DNA from: Acidimicrobiia bacterium
GTDB lineage: Bacteria > Actinomycetota > Acidimicrobiia > Spongiisociales > UBA5794
Assembly (NCBI GenBank): GCA_030066265.1
Contig: JASJCF010000011.1
Coordinates: forward strand, 883-64,882
DNA length: 64,000 nucleotides
Direction: 5' to 3'
Shown: positions 27,353 through 37,127 of the stretch, in pieces
How the letters are laid out: the number at the start of each line of letters is the position of its first letter
Position numbering within the stretch: position 1 is the first letter of the stretch
Notes under the pieces: generated by a model
Seen by the model: the letters and a program-made list of their open reading frames with translations, nothing else
The model's database searches: none
What the model was told of the DNA's origin: nothing
Program-made: the position numbers and the translations under genes

Positions 27353-29068
27353 ATGTCCCAGACCATCACAGGAGCAGACATCCTCATCCAAGCGCTCGAA
27401 CGCGAAGGCGTCGAGGTGGTGTTCGGCGTACCCGGTGGGGCCATCCTCAAGGCGTACGACTCGATCTTCGACAGCGGAATCCGCCACGTGCTGGCCCGCC
27501 ACGAGCAAGGTGCCGGACACATGGCATCCGGCTACGCCCATGCCACCGGGACGACCGGCGTTGCGTTCGCAACGTCCGGCCCGGGAGCGACGAATCTCAT
27601 CACCCCGCTGGCGGACGCCTACATGGACTCGATCCCGGTCGTGGCGATCACCGCGCAGGTCGCATCGGCGAGCATCGGATTGGACGCCTTCCAAGAGGCC
27701 CACACCTGGGGCATCTCGATGCCGGTCACGAAGCACAACTACCTCGTGACGGACACGAGCGAGATCTCCTCGACCGTCCACGAGGCCTTCCACATCGCAG
27801 CAACGGGCCGCCCGGGTCCCGTGCTCGTGGACATCACCAAGGACGCTCTCGCCGGATCCATCGCATGGTCGGGACCATCCGAGATCCACCTCCCGGGCTA
27901 CAAGCCCTCGGTCAAGGGCCATCCCAAGCAGGTGAACGCCGCCATCGACATGATCCTGGCGTCCGAGCGTCCCGTCCTGTACGCCGGCGGGGGGATCATC
28001 CGGTCCGAGGCAAGCGAGGAGCTGCGCACCTTCGCCGAACAGCAACACCTGCCCGTGGTGACGACGTTGATGGCCCGCGGCGCCATTCCGGACTCGCACG
28101 AGCTCACCCTCGGCATGCCCGGAATGCACGGCAGCTACACCGCCAGCACGTCGATGCAGAAGGCGGACCTCCTGATCGCAGTCGGCGCTCGGTTCGACGA
28201 TCGAGTCACCGGCGATCCCCAATTCTTCGCCCCAGACGCCAGGATCATCCACGTCGATGTCGATCCCGCTGAGATCGGCAAGATCCGGACGCCGGACATC
28301 CCGATCGTGGGCGACGCGAAGTCGGTGTTGACCCAGCTGATCGACAGCGGGGCCACGGCCCTGGCACATCGCCCACTTCCCGATCGGACGCCGTGGTTCG
28401 ATCAACTCGCCGCATGGCAACGCGACTACCCGCTCACATACGACCAGGATCCCGATGGGCCGATCCAGCAGCAGTACGTCATCGACGAACTCGCCAAACA
28501 CTCCCCTCCCGGAACCATCGTCGTGGCCGGCGTCGGTCAGCACCAGATGTGGGCCTCTCAATTCTGGGGTTTCGAGGAGCCGAAGACCTGGATCAACAGC
28601 GGCGGGCTCGGCACCATGGGATACGCCGTCCCCGCCGCCATCGGGGCACAGCAGGGGCGCCCCGACACCATGGTCCTCGCGATCGATGGGGACGGCTGTT
28701 TCCAGATGACGTTCCAGGAGCTGATCACGGCGGCGGTCGAAGGAATCCCGGTGAAGATCGCCGTCATGAACAACGCCAACCTGGGCATGGTCCGCCAATG
28801 GCAGCGGCTCTTCTACAACGAGCGCTATGCGGGATCCGAGCTGTCGGCGACGAACCCCGACGTCGTCATGCTCGCCGAGGCCATGGGATGTGCAGGATTC
28901 CGCGCCGAGCACCCGGATGACGTCGTGCCGACGATCGAGAAGGGCCTGGCCGTCGACGATCGACCGGTCGTGATGGAGTTCGTGTGTGATCCCGATGCCA
29001 TGGTCTTCCCGATGATCAAGGCAGGAGGCTCCAACGACGTCATCATCATGGGCCCGGAGGATCTGTGA
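27353..29068 (+). CDS. ilvB: Acetolactate synthase large subunit
   Basis: 571 aa. ThDP motif 'GLGTMGYAVPAAIGA...DGDGCFQMTFQELIT...NNANLGMV' and the FAD-binding region. 'GGAG' SD is present. Confidence 0.9.
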   Translation: MSQTITGADILIQALEREGVEVVFGVPGGAILKAYDSIFDSGIRHVLARHEQGAGHMASGYAHATGTTGVAFATSGPGATNLITPLADAYMDSIPVVAITAQVASASIGLDAFQEAHTWGISMPVTKHNYLVTDTSEISSTVHEAFHIAATGRPGPVLVDITKDALAGSIAWSGPSEIHLPGYKPSVKGHPKQVNAAIDMILASERPVLYAGGGIIRSEASEELRTFAEQQHLPVVTTLMARGAIPDSHELTLGMPGMHGSYTASTSMQKADLLIAVGARFDDRVTGDPQFFAPDARIIHVDVDPAEIGKIRTPDIPIVGDAKSVLTQLIDSGATALAHRPLPDRTPWFDQLAAWQRDYPLTYDQDPDGPIQQQYVIDELAKHSPPGTIVVAGVGQHQMWASQFWGFEEPKTWINSGGLGTMGYAVPAAIGAQQGRPDTMVLAIDGDGCFQMTFQELITAAVEGIPVKIAVMNNANLGMVRQWQRLFYNERYAGSELSATNPDVVMLAEAMGCAGFRAEHPDDVVPTIEKGLAVDDRPVVMEFVCDPDAMVFPMIKAGGSNDVIIMGPEDL

Positions 29069-29571
29069 TGCAGCACGTGATCTCGGTCACCGTCGAGAAC
29101 AAGCCGGGAGTGTTGGCGCGGATCGCCTCGATGTTCGCGCGTCGCGACTTCAACATCCACAGCCTGGCAGTCGGGCCGACGGAGGATCCCACCCGATCGC
29201 GGATCACGATGGTGGTCGACGGCCCGGAGATGGAGCAGATCGTCAAGCAGCTCTACAAGCTCGTCCACACGATCAAGGTCGTCGAGCACACCCCGGGTGA
29301 AGCGATCGAACGGGAGATCATGCTCGTCCGCGTGAACGCGGACACGCTTCGGAGAGGCGAGATCCTCGAGGCTGCGAACATCTTCGAGGCGAAGGCGGTG
29401 GATGTCGGCGCCTCCACGATCACCTTCGAGGTGGTGGGCGAGCCGGCCCGCCTCGCCGATTTCCTCGAGATCATGCGAACCTACGGGATCGTCGCGCAGG
29501 TCAAGTCGGGCCGCATCGCGCTGGCCAAGGACATCAAGTCCCCGGCCAGGAAGCAGAAGAAGACGGCGTAG
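29065..29571 (+). CDS. ilvN: Acetolactate synthase small (regulatory) subunit
   Basis: ACT domain 'HVISVTVENKPGVLARIASMFARRDFNIHSLAVGPTED'. ATGA overlap with ilvB. Confidence 0.9.
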   Translation: MMQHVISVTVENKPGVLARIASMFARRDFNIHSLAVGPTEDPTRSRITMVVDGPEMEQIVKQLYKLVHTIKVVEHTPGEAIEREIMLVRVNADTLRRGEILEAANIFEAKAVDVGASTITFEVVGEPARLADFLEIMRTYGIVAQVKSGRIALAKDIKSPARKQKKTA

Positions 29572-29601
29572 GAATCCGCAGCGGTTAGGAGTGCGAGCCA
29601 G

Positions 29602-30615
29602 ATGGTCCAGATGTACTACGAGAACGATGCCGATCCGGCACTGATCACGCGCCGCAAGGTCGCCGTCATGGGATTCGGCAGCCAGGGGCACGCCCACGCA
29701 CTCAACCTCAAGGACTCGGGGGTGGATGTCGTCGTCGGGTTGCGGGAGGGTTCGCGACGAACGCAGGCAGCGTCGGATGCGGGACTCAAGGTCGTCGATC
29801 CCGAAACCGCAGCCGAGTGGGCCGACGTCATCATGATCCTCGTCCCCGACCAGGTCCAAGCGGACTTCTACTCGGAGCTCATCGCGCCGAGGTTGCAGAC
29901 AGGCGACACGCTGCTGTTCGCACACGGGTTCTCGATCCACTTCGACTTCATCGATCCCCCGCCGGATGTCGACGTGGCCATGGTCGCACCCAAGGGTCCC
30001 GGCCACCTCGTTCGCCGACAGTTCGTGGAAGGGTCCGGTGTCCCGACGCTCGTGGCCGTCCACCAGGACGCAACCGGATCGGCGCTCGACCTGGCGCTGT
30101 CGTACGCCAACGCCATCGGAGGCACCCGGGCGGGCGTCATCGAGACGACCTTCGCCGAGGAGACGGAAACCGACTTGTTCGGCGAGCAGGTGATCCTCTG
30201 TGGAGGCGTCGACTCCTTGATCCAAGCCTCGTTCGAGACGCTCGTCGATGCGGGATACGAGCCCGAGATGGCCTACTTCGAGGTCCTTCACGAGCTCAAG
30301 CTCATCGTCGATCTCCTCTTCGAAGGCGGCATCGAGTGGATGCGGCATTCCGTGTCGGACACGGCGGAGTACGGGGACATCACCCGCGGACCTCGCATCG
30401 TCACGGACGACACCCGTGCCGAGATGCGGGTGATTCTCGACGAGATCCGATCTGGAGCCTTCGCCCGCGAGTGGATGGCCGAATACCGGACCGGTGCACC
30501 ACGCCTGAAGGCCGCACGCGCTGACATCGCAGCCCACCCCGTCGAGGTCACGGGGAAACGGCTCAGGGACATGATGCCCTTCCTGGTGGCGAAGACTCCC
30601 GAAGACGATGTCTGA
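29602..30615 (+). CDS. ilvC: Ketol-acid reductoisomerase
   Basis: '[22 protein letters not shown]' NADPH motif and the class-I KARI length (337 aa). Confidence 0.9.
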   Translation: MVQMYYENDADPALITRRKVAVMGFGSQGHAHALNLKDSGVDVVVGLREGSRRTQAASDAGLKVVDPETAAEWADVIMILVPDQVQADFYSELIAPRLQTGDTLLFAHGFSIHFDFIDPPPDVDVAMVAPKGPGHLVRRQFVEGSGVPTLVAVHQDATGSALDLALSYANAIGGTRAGVIETTFAEETETDLFGEQVILCGGVDSLIQASFETLVDAGYEPEMAYFEVLHELKLIVDLLFEGGIEWMRHSVSDTAEYGDITRGPRIVTDDTRAEMRVILDEIRSGAFAREWMAEYRTGAPRLKAARADIAAHPVEVTGKRLRDMMPFLVAKTPEDDV

Positions 30616-30750
30616 CCCCGTCTCTCGGATCGCCGGCTCCTCGCTGATGGCTTCCTGCCGAACGGCGCCGCCGTCCGTGCGACTTACGACCCCGGCCGGC
30701 TGACGCCGCGCCGGACCGCAGTCGTACGCTCTCGGACGGGAGGACAACCC

Positions 30751-32286
30751 ATGCAGGACCAACTCATCATCTTCGACACCACGTTGCGCGACGGGGAGCA
30801 AGCTCCCGGGATCGCCCTCAGTCCCGACGACAAGGTCGCCATCGCCACCCAGCTCGCCAAGCTGCGCGTCGACGTGATCGAGGCGGGCTTCGCCGCCTCG
30901 AGCCCCGGTGACTTCACGGCGGTTGCGCGCATCGCAGACGAGGTCGACGGCCCCGTCATCGCCTCCCTCGCCCGCACCCATCCCGACGACATCGAGCAAG
31001 CGGCAGAAGCCCTCCGAGCTGCTGATCGCAAACGCATTCACGTCTTCGTCTCCACGTCACCGATCCACATGGAGCAGATGCTGCGGATGACGCCCTCCGA
31101 GGTCATGACCAGCGTCACGGAGTCGGTTCGGCTCGCCAGGCGACATGTCGACGACGTCGAGTTCTCCCCCCAGGATGCGACCAGATCGGACCCGGACTTC
31201 GTCATCGAGGTCTGCCGGGCCGCCGTCGATGCCGGAGCGACCACGATCAACATCCCCGACACCGTCGGGTATGCGATGCCGGAGGACTTCGTCGCCCTCT
31301 TGAGCAAGGTGTACGCAGAGGTCAGAGGCGGCAACGAAGATGTGATCATCTCCACGCACTGTCACAACGATCTGGGGTTGGCCGTGGCGAACTCGCTGTC
31401 GGCGATCCACGCAGGCGCACGTCAGATCGAAGGGGCGATCAACGGCATCGGGGAACGAGCCGGCAACACGTCGACCGAAGAGGTGATCATGGCCGTGAGC
31501 ACCCGCCAGGATCACTTCGGCGTCGAGATCGGAGCCGACACGACGGAGATCTTCGAGACCTCCCGCCTGGTGTCGAGCCTCACCGGCTATCCGATCCAGT
31601 ACAACAAAGCCGTGGTGGGACGAAACGCATTCGCGCACGAGTCCGGGATCCACCAGCACGGGGTTCTCCGTCATCGCGAGACGTACGAGATCATGGACCC
31701 GGCCTCCATCGGCCATCAGTCCATGATCGTGCTCGGCAAGCACTCGGGCCGAGCTGCATTCGCCGACGCGCTCGACAAGCTCGGCATCACCGTGGAGGAC
31801 GTCGATTTCCAGCGAGCATTCGATCGGTTCAAGGAGCTGGCCGACCGTAAGGGCGAGATCGGAGAGGAAGGTATCCGTGCGATCGTCAGCGAGGAGACCG
31901 GCACGGGCACGGAAGAGATGTCGCTCGTCAGCATCCACTTCTCCGGCGGGTCGCAGGAGACCCCGGTGGCGACGGTGACCCTCGACCGTGACGGCGAGGT
32001 GATCGAGGTGGAGGCCCAGGGCGACGGCATGGTCAACGCGGCATTCGTTGCCGTCCAGGATGCGTACCGCATCGCCGCCACGCTCACCGACTACCGGGTG
32101 TCCCCCCTGACCTCGGGCGCCGACGCCATGGCGAAGGTCGAGGTCGTCATCAAGGTGGGGGCTGCGACGTTCCCCGGACGGGGCGTGTCGACCGACGTGG
32201 TCGAAGGCTCGGTGCGTGCAATGGTCTCGGCGATGAACAAGGCTGCGGCGGCAGCGGGCGCCCTCGATGGCGGCCAAGTCGAATGA
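30751..32286 (+). CDS. leuA: 2-isopropylmalate synthase (short bacterial form)
   Basis: 'IIFDTTLRDGEQAPG', 'HVFVSTSPIHM', and 'HCHNDLGLAVANSLSA' metal-ligand motifs. It is nearly colinear with E. coli LeuA and has a C-terminal LeuA-dimer regulatory domain. Citramalate synthase cannot be excluded from sequence alone. Confidence 0.8.
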   Translation: MQDQLIIFDTTLRDGEQAPGIALSPDDKVAIATQLAKLRVDVIEAGFAASSPGDFTAVARIADEVDGPVIASLARTHPDDIEQAAEALRAADRKRIHVFVSTSPIHMEQMLRMTPSEVMTSVTESVRLARRHVDDVEFSPQDATRSDPDFVIEVCRAAVDAGATTINIPDTVGYAMPEDFVALLSKVYAEVRGGNEDVIISTHCHNDLGLAVANSLSAIHAGARQIEGAINGIGERAGNTSTEEVIMAVSTRQDHFGVEIGADTTEIFETSRLVSSLTGYPIQYNKAVVGRNAFAHESGIHQHGVLRHRETYEIMDPASIGHQSMIVLGKHSGRAAFADALDKLGITVEDVDFQRAFDRFKELADRKGEIGEEGIRAIVSEETGTGTEEMSLVSIHFSGGSQETPVATVTLDRDGEVIEVEAQGDGMVNAAFVAVQDAYRIAATLTDYRVSPLTSGADAMAKVEVVIKVGAATFPGRGVSTDVVEGSVRAMVSAMNKAAAAAGALDGGQVE

Positions 32287-33347
32287 ACGCGACGTTCGCG
32301 CTCCTCCCCGGCGACGGCATCGGTCCCGAGATCGTCGCCCAGGCGCGCCTCGTCCTCGAAACCGTCGCACGGTCATACGGGCACGTGTTCACGTTCACCG
32401 ACCACCTCGTCGGCGGCATCGCCATCGACGAGACGGGAGATCCGCTCCCGGCATCCACGCTCGAGGCGTGCCGAGCCGCCGACGCGATCCTCCTCGGCGC
32501 CGTGGGCGGGCCCCGGTGGTCGGATCCGTCCGCCAAGACGAGGCCGGAAGCGGGTCTGTTGCGCTTGCGCTCCGAGCTCGGGCTCTATGCCAATCTGCGG
32601 CCGGTCGTCACCCACGATCAGCTGATCGATGCGTCCCCGCTGCGGCCCGAGATCGTCCGAGGCACCGACATCCTGTTCGTCCGCGAGCTCACGTCCGGCA
32701 TCTACTTCGGCCCATCCCACGAAAGTGACGACGGCACGGTCGTGAGCGACGGCATGCAGTACTCCATCCCCGAGATCGAACGGATCATCCGCGTCGCCGG
32801 GGACGCTGCTCGCCGGCGCAGTGGCAAGGTCACGTCCGTCGACAAGGCGAACGTGCTGGCGGTGTCCCGACTGTGGAGGACGACGGCGGATCGCATCATG
32901 GCCGAGGAGTACCCCGAGCTCGAGTTCGAGACCCAGCTCGTCGACGCCATGGCCATGCATCTCCTCTCTCGACCCAGGGACTTCGACGTGGTCGTGACCG
33001 GCAACCTCTTCGGAGACATCCTCTCGGATGAGGCATCCATGCTCCCCGGCTCGCTCGGCCTCCTGCCCTCAGCGTCACTCGGCGACAACCCCCCGGGGCT
33101 CTATGAGCCGATCCACGGCTCGGCACCCGACATCGCCGGTACCGGTCGAGCCAATCCGCTCGCCACGATCTCATCCGCCGCGATGGCGCTCCGGCACTCC
33201 CTCGACCTCGATGCCGAAGCCGACGCCGTCGACCGCGCCGTCGGGCAGGTCCTCGACGATGGCACCCGCACCAGTGACATCGCCCGCGGTGGCCCGGCGG
33301 TCACCACGGCAGAGATGGGCGCCGCCGTTGCCGCTGCCATCACCTGA
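32283..33347 (+). CDS. leuB: 3-isopropylmalate dehydrogenase
   Basis: 'NLFGDILSDEASMLPGSLGLLPSASLG' is the IDH/IMDH signature. ATGA overlap with leuA. Confidence 0.9.
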   Translation: MNATFALLPGDGIGPEIVAQARLVLETVARSYGHVFTFTDHLVGGIAIDETGDPLPASTLEACRAADAILLGAVGGPRWSDPSAKTRPEAGLLRLRSELGLYANLRPVVTHDQLIDASPLRPEIVRGTDILFVRELTSGIYFGPSHESDDGTVVSDGMQYSIPEIERIIRVAGDAARRRSGKVTSVDKANVLAVSRLWRTTADRIMAEEYPELEFETQLVDAMAMHLLSRPRDFDVVVTGNLFGDILSDEASMLPGSLGLLPSASLGDNPPGLYEPIHGSAPDIAGTGRANPLATISSAAMALRHSLDLDAEADAVDRAVGQVLDDGTRTSDIARGGPAVTTAEMGAAVAAAIT

Positions 33348-33400
33348 TTCGCCGAGCTGGCGGCGGCGGTAGATTGCCGACCACACAACGACGGGATGCG

Positions 33401-34852
33401 ATGGAACACGGAACTGCCGACATCGGCGTGATTGGGCTCGGCGTGATGGGCCAGAACCTGGTGCTGAACCTGTCCGACCGCGGGTGGCGCGTCTCGGTGT
33501 TCAACCGATCCACGTACCAGGTCGACGCATTCCTCGAGCGGCACGGGGAAGGACGCACCATCGAGGGATGTCATGGCCTCGAGGAGTTCGTCGGGTCCCT
33601 GAAGCGCCCACGCACGATCATGCTGATGATCAAGGCGGGCGCCCCGGTCGATTCTCAGATCGAATCCCTCGTCGACCTGCTGGATCCGGGCGACATCATC
33701 ATCGATGGCGGCAACTCCCTCTTCACCGACACCACCCGCCGCTGTCATCGACTCGCCGAGGTGGGTGTGCACTTCGTCGGGTGTGGCGTCTCCGGCGGCG
33801 AGGAGGGCGCTCGCCATGGGCCCTCGCTGATGCCGGGTGGCGATGAGGCCGCCTGGCCGCACATCGAGCCGATCATGACCTCGATCGCTGCTCGAGCCGG
33901 CGGCGAGCCCACGGCTGCGTGGGTCGGACCCGAGGGCGCTGGCCACTACGTGAAGATGGTCCACAACGGCATCGAGTACGGCGACATGCAGCTCATCGCA
34001 GAGGCCTACGACGTCATGGGCAGAGGTCTCGGGATGTCGGCACACGACCAACAGCAGCACTTCGCACGATGGAACGAAGGCAAGCTCGACTCCTACCTCA
34101 TCGAGATCACAGCGGAGATACTGGCGCACCGCGAGCCCGAAGGGACTCCGACGGTCGACCTCATCCTCGATGCGGCTGGCGAGAAGGGCACCGGCAAGTG
34201 GACCGTCGACGCCTCGATCGACCAGGGCGTGCCGATCACCCTCATCGCAGAGTCGGTGTATGCGCGCATGATCTCGGCGCTCTACGACGAACGCCAGACT
34301 GCGGCGAGAATCCTCGGAGAAGACATCACCCCCATCCAGGGCCCGCGTGACGAGGTGATTGCAGACCTCCATGACGCCCTCTACGGGTCGAAGATCGTGT
34401 CGTACGCCCAGGGCTTCATGTTGATGCAATCGGCGAGCAGGGAGTACCACTGGGATCTGGACCTCGGCACGATCGCCGGCTTGTGGCGAGCTGGGTGCAT
34501 CATCCGCTCTCGGTTCCTCGTGGACATCACTGCGGCGTACCGGGACCACCCGGAGATCACGAACCTGCTGTTCGACGACTACTTCCGTTCCGAAATCGAA
34601 GCGGCTCTGCCGGGGTGGCGTCGCACGGTCGCCCGAGCCGCCGAATCGGGGATCCCCGTCGCTGCGTACTCGGCTGCGTTGTCGTTCTTCGACGCCTACC
34701 GATCCCACCGCCTTCCCGCCAACTTGATCCAAGCCCAACGGGACTACTTCGGCGCCCACACCTACGAGCGCATCGACCGCCCCCGCGGTGAGTTCTTCCA
34801 CACGGATTGGACCGAAGGACAGGACGAGCGCGCTCCGGAGGTGTCGTCGTGA
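33401..34852 (+). CDS. gnd: 6-phosphogluconate dehydrogenase (decarboxylating)
   Basis: 'IGVIGLGVMGQNLVLNL' Rossmann motif and 'GCGVSGGEEGARHGPSLMPGG' is the 6PGDH signature. The start could be ATG 33374 or 33401. Confidence 0.85.
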   Translation: MEHGTADIGVIGLGVMGQNLVLNLSDRGWRVSVFNRSTYQVDAFLERHGEGRTIEGCHGLEEFVGSLKRPRTIMLMIKAGAPVDSQIESLVDLLDPGDIIIDGGNSLFTDTTRRCHRLAEVGVHFVGCGVSGGEEGARHGPSLMPGGDEAAWPHIEPIMTSIAARAGGEPTAAWVGPEGAGHYVKMVHNGIEYGDMQLIAEAYDVMGRGLGMSAHDQQQHFARWNEGKLDSYLIEITAEILAHREPEGTPTVDLILDAAGEKGTGKWTVDASIDQGVPITLIAESVYARMISALYDERQTAARILGEDITPIQGPRDEVIADLHDALYGSKIVSYAQGFMLMQSASREYHWDLDLGTIAGLWRAGCIIRSRFLVDITAAYRDHPEITNLLFDDYFRSEIEAALPGWRRTVARAAESGIPVAAYSAALSFFDAYRSHRLPANLIQAQRDYFGAHTYERIDRPRGEFFHTDWTEGQDERAPEVSS

Positions 34853-35718
34853 ATGCGCCGGTGACGAGCCCGCCGCGCGCCATGCCTGCGCTGGTCACGC
34901 CCTTCGATCGTGATGAGGCGATCGATCTCGACGCCCACCGCTCGAACATCACGGCGATGAGCGAGCGAGGAGCACGCGGGGTGGTGCTCGCAGGCTCCAC
35001 CGGTGAGGGGCCGTATCTCGACCGCGGCGAGCGGGCCGCGCTCGTACAGGTCGCTGCGGACGAGCAACCGGAGATGACCCTCGTGTGCGGCATCCAAGCC
35101 GAGACGACTCGCGACGCCAGCAGGCAGACGGCCGAGTGCGAGCACGCCGATCTCGTGCTGGTGGTCACGCCCACCACCCTCGTGCGCGGACGCGTTGGGG
35201 CGGTCGAGCAGTTCTATCTCGATGTCGCCGACCAGAGTCCGGTCCCGGTCCTCCTGTACTCGGTGCCCTCCGTGACGGCCTGGGAGCTGCCAACGGCGTC
35301 GGTGCGGCGCCTCGCAACCCACGACAACATCGTCGGCATGAAGGACTCCGGTGGGGATCCCACCAGGATCGCCGAACTCCACGATGTGATCGATGACGGG
35401 TTCTTCATGTATGCAGGGGCGTCGCAAGCACTCGCCGAGAGCTCGCGAGCGGGAGCATGGGGAGCGATCACCGCATCGGGCAACTACGCGATCGCCGACG
35501 TGTCGCTCGCAGCGAGAGGAGACGACCAGGCCCAACGGCGTCTCGGCGAGCTCGCCGGCATCGTCGAGCGCCATGGGATCGCCGGCACGAAGTACGCCGC
35601 CCACGTCAGTGGCCTCGATGCCGGCATCGCCCGCAGGCCGGTGATGCCACTCGCGAAGTCCGCCCGCGAAGAGATCGCAACCGCCGTCCGTGCAGCGGGG
35701 CTCGCTTCATCGCAGTGA
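34849..35718 (+). CDS. DapA-family (dihydrodipicolinate synthase/N-acetylneuraminate lyase family) class I aldolase
   Basis: 'GVVLAGSTGEGPYL' and the Schiff-base lysine context 'IVGMKDSGGD'. GTG 34849 overlaps the gnd stop (GTGA). The alternative start is ATG 34882. Confidence 0.7.
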   Translation: MNAPVTSPPRAMPALVTPFDRDEAIDLDAHRSNITAMSERGARGVVLAGSTGEGPYLDRGERAALVQVAADEQPEMTLVCGIQAETTRDASRQTAECEHADLVLVVTPTTLVRGRVGAVEQFYLDVADQSPVPVLLYSVPSVTAWELPTASVRRLATHDNIVGMKDSGGDPTRIAELHDVIDDGFFMYAGASQALAESSRAGAWGAITASGNYAIADVSLAARGDDQAQRRLGELAGIVERHGIAGTKYAAHVSGLDAGIARRPVMPLAKSAREEIATAVRAAGLASSQ

Positions 35719-35743
35719 TCCGGACACCGGTACCTTTCCCGGG

Positions 35744-36838
35744 ATGCACCTCGGAATCCGAAGAGAATCGACGTCCGGCGAACGACGCGTTGCGTCGCCG
35801 CCCGCGCTCGTCGCATCCTTCCGCGACCTCGGATTCGACGTCTCGATCGAGACGGGGGCGGGCGATCTCGCAGGATTCTCCGATGCCGACTACGCCGCAT
35901 CCGGTGCCGACGTCGTCGAGACTCTCGACGGTGGACGTCCCGTCGACGTTCTGCTCACGGTCGGGCCGGTCGTCGCCGACGACACGGCATCCGTGACGAC
36001 CGGCGGTGTCGTCGTAGGCCTTCTCGACCCGACGAATCACCCCGATCTCGCCGGCGACCTCGCCGAGCGCGACGTGACGGCGATCGCCATGGAGCTCGTC
36101 CCTCGGTCGACCCTCGCCCAATCCATGGACGCGCTTTCATCTCAGGCGACCGCAGCCGGATATGCCGCCGTGTTGCTCGGGGCGACGGAGCTCCCCAAGT
36201 TCATGCCCATGTTCGTGACCGCTGCCGGGACCATCCCGCCTGCACGCGTCCTCATCCTCGGCGTGGGCGTTGCCGGGCTCCAGGCGATCGCAACGGCGAA
36301 GCGATTGGGTGCCATCGTGTACGCCTACGACATCAGACCCGAGACGAAGGAGCAGGTCGAGAGCCTCGGGGGGCGGTTCGTCGATGCGCCGACCCAGGAG
36401 ATGGATGAAGGTGGCTATGCAAGGGCCGTGGACGAGGCCACAGCTCAGCAGCAGCGTGAGATCCTCGCCGAGGTTGTTGCCGATTCCGATCTCGTCATCA
36501 CGACGGCACAGGTCCCCGGACGACGAGCGCCGCGCCTCATCGAGGCGGACGTCGTGAAGCGCATGCGCCCGGGCTCGCTCGTCATCGACATGGCCGCCGC
36601 TTCGGGAGGCAACGTCGAGGGTTCTCGCCCCGATGAAGCCGTCGACGCCTCCGGTGTCACGATCCTCGGCCCAACCGACCTCCCGTCTCGCGTGGCCGCA
36701 GACGCCAGCCGCATGTACGGCAGGAACCTGCTCGAGCTCGTCACACGGCTCGTCACCGATGAAGGGATCACCATCGATACCGACGACCCCGTCGTCGGGC
36801 CCGCGATCGTTCGGACACAGGAGAACGTCGATGAGTGA
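35744..36838 (+). CDS. pntA: NAD(P) transhydrogenase alpha subunit, dI (NAD-binding) part
   Basis: 'MHLGIRRESTSGERRVA' N-terminus and 'LILGVGVAGLQAIATAKRLGAIV' Rossmann motif of the AlaDH/PNT family. The start was chosen at the internal ATG. Confidence 0.85.
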   Translation: MHLGIRRESTSGERRVASPPALVASFRDLGFDVSIETGAGDLAGFSDADYAASGADVVETLDGGRPVDVLLTVGPVVADDTASVTTGGVVVGLLDPTNHPDLAGDLAERDVTAIAMELVPRSTLAQSMDALSSQATAAGYAAVLLGATELPKFMPMFVTAAGTIPPARVLILGVGVAGLQAIATAKRLGAIVYAYDIRPETKEQVESLGGRFVDAPTQEMDEGGYARAVDEATAQQQREILAEVVADSDLVITTAQVPGRRAPRLIEADVVKRMRPGSLVIDMAAASGGNVEGSRPDEAVDASGVTILGPTDLPSRVAADASRMYGRNLLELVTRLVTDEGITIDTDDPVVGPAIVRTQENVDE

Positions 36839-37127
36839 CGCGTTCATCGCAGGGATCGTCGTGTTCGTGCTCGCCGCGTTCGTGGGTTTCGAGATCATCC
36901 GGCGCGTGCCACCCACGTTGCACACCCCGTTGATGTCCGGCGCCAACGCCATCTCCGGCATCACGATCGTCGGTGCGATCATCGCCGCAGCACTCGCCGA
37001 TGGTTGGCTCGCCGTCGTCATCGGCTTCCTCGCAGTGGTCTTCGCGACCGTCAACGTCATCGGCGGCTTCCTCGTGACGGACCGCATGCTCGAGATGTTC
37101 AAGCGAGTTCCCGGGAAGCCGAAGTGA
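36831..37127 (+). CDS. NAD(P) transhydrogenase alpha subunit membrane part (PntAB)
   Basis: 98-aa protein with 3 TM helices 'FVLAAFVGFEIIRRVPPTLHTPLMSGANAISGITIVGA'. It overlaps pntAA by 8 nt. Confidence 0.8.
   Translation: MSDAFIAGIVVFVLAAFVGFEIIRRVPPTLHTPLMSGANAISGITIVGAIIAAALADGWLAVVIGFLAVVFATVNVIGGFLVTDRMLEMFKRVPGKPK

Noticed and set aside
30640-30720. Short ORF (MASCRTAPPSVRLTTPAG) in the ilvC-leuA gap considered as a leu leader peptide
   Set aside because: It has no run of Leu codons and no convincing terminator/antiterminator pair. The ilvB-upstream leader (27252..27284) is the supported attenuator.
33101-34801. 566-aa minus-strand ORF (and similar long antisense ORFs at 18121..19428, 31057..32376, 40093..41280, 44485..45854, 26227..27090, 5858..6964)
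   Set aside because: Each is antisense to a gene with strong family motifs (gnd, arsA-like, leuA, MAT, TPM protein, NYN protein, TGase). Compositionally biased translations. Treated as high-GC artefacts.
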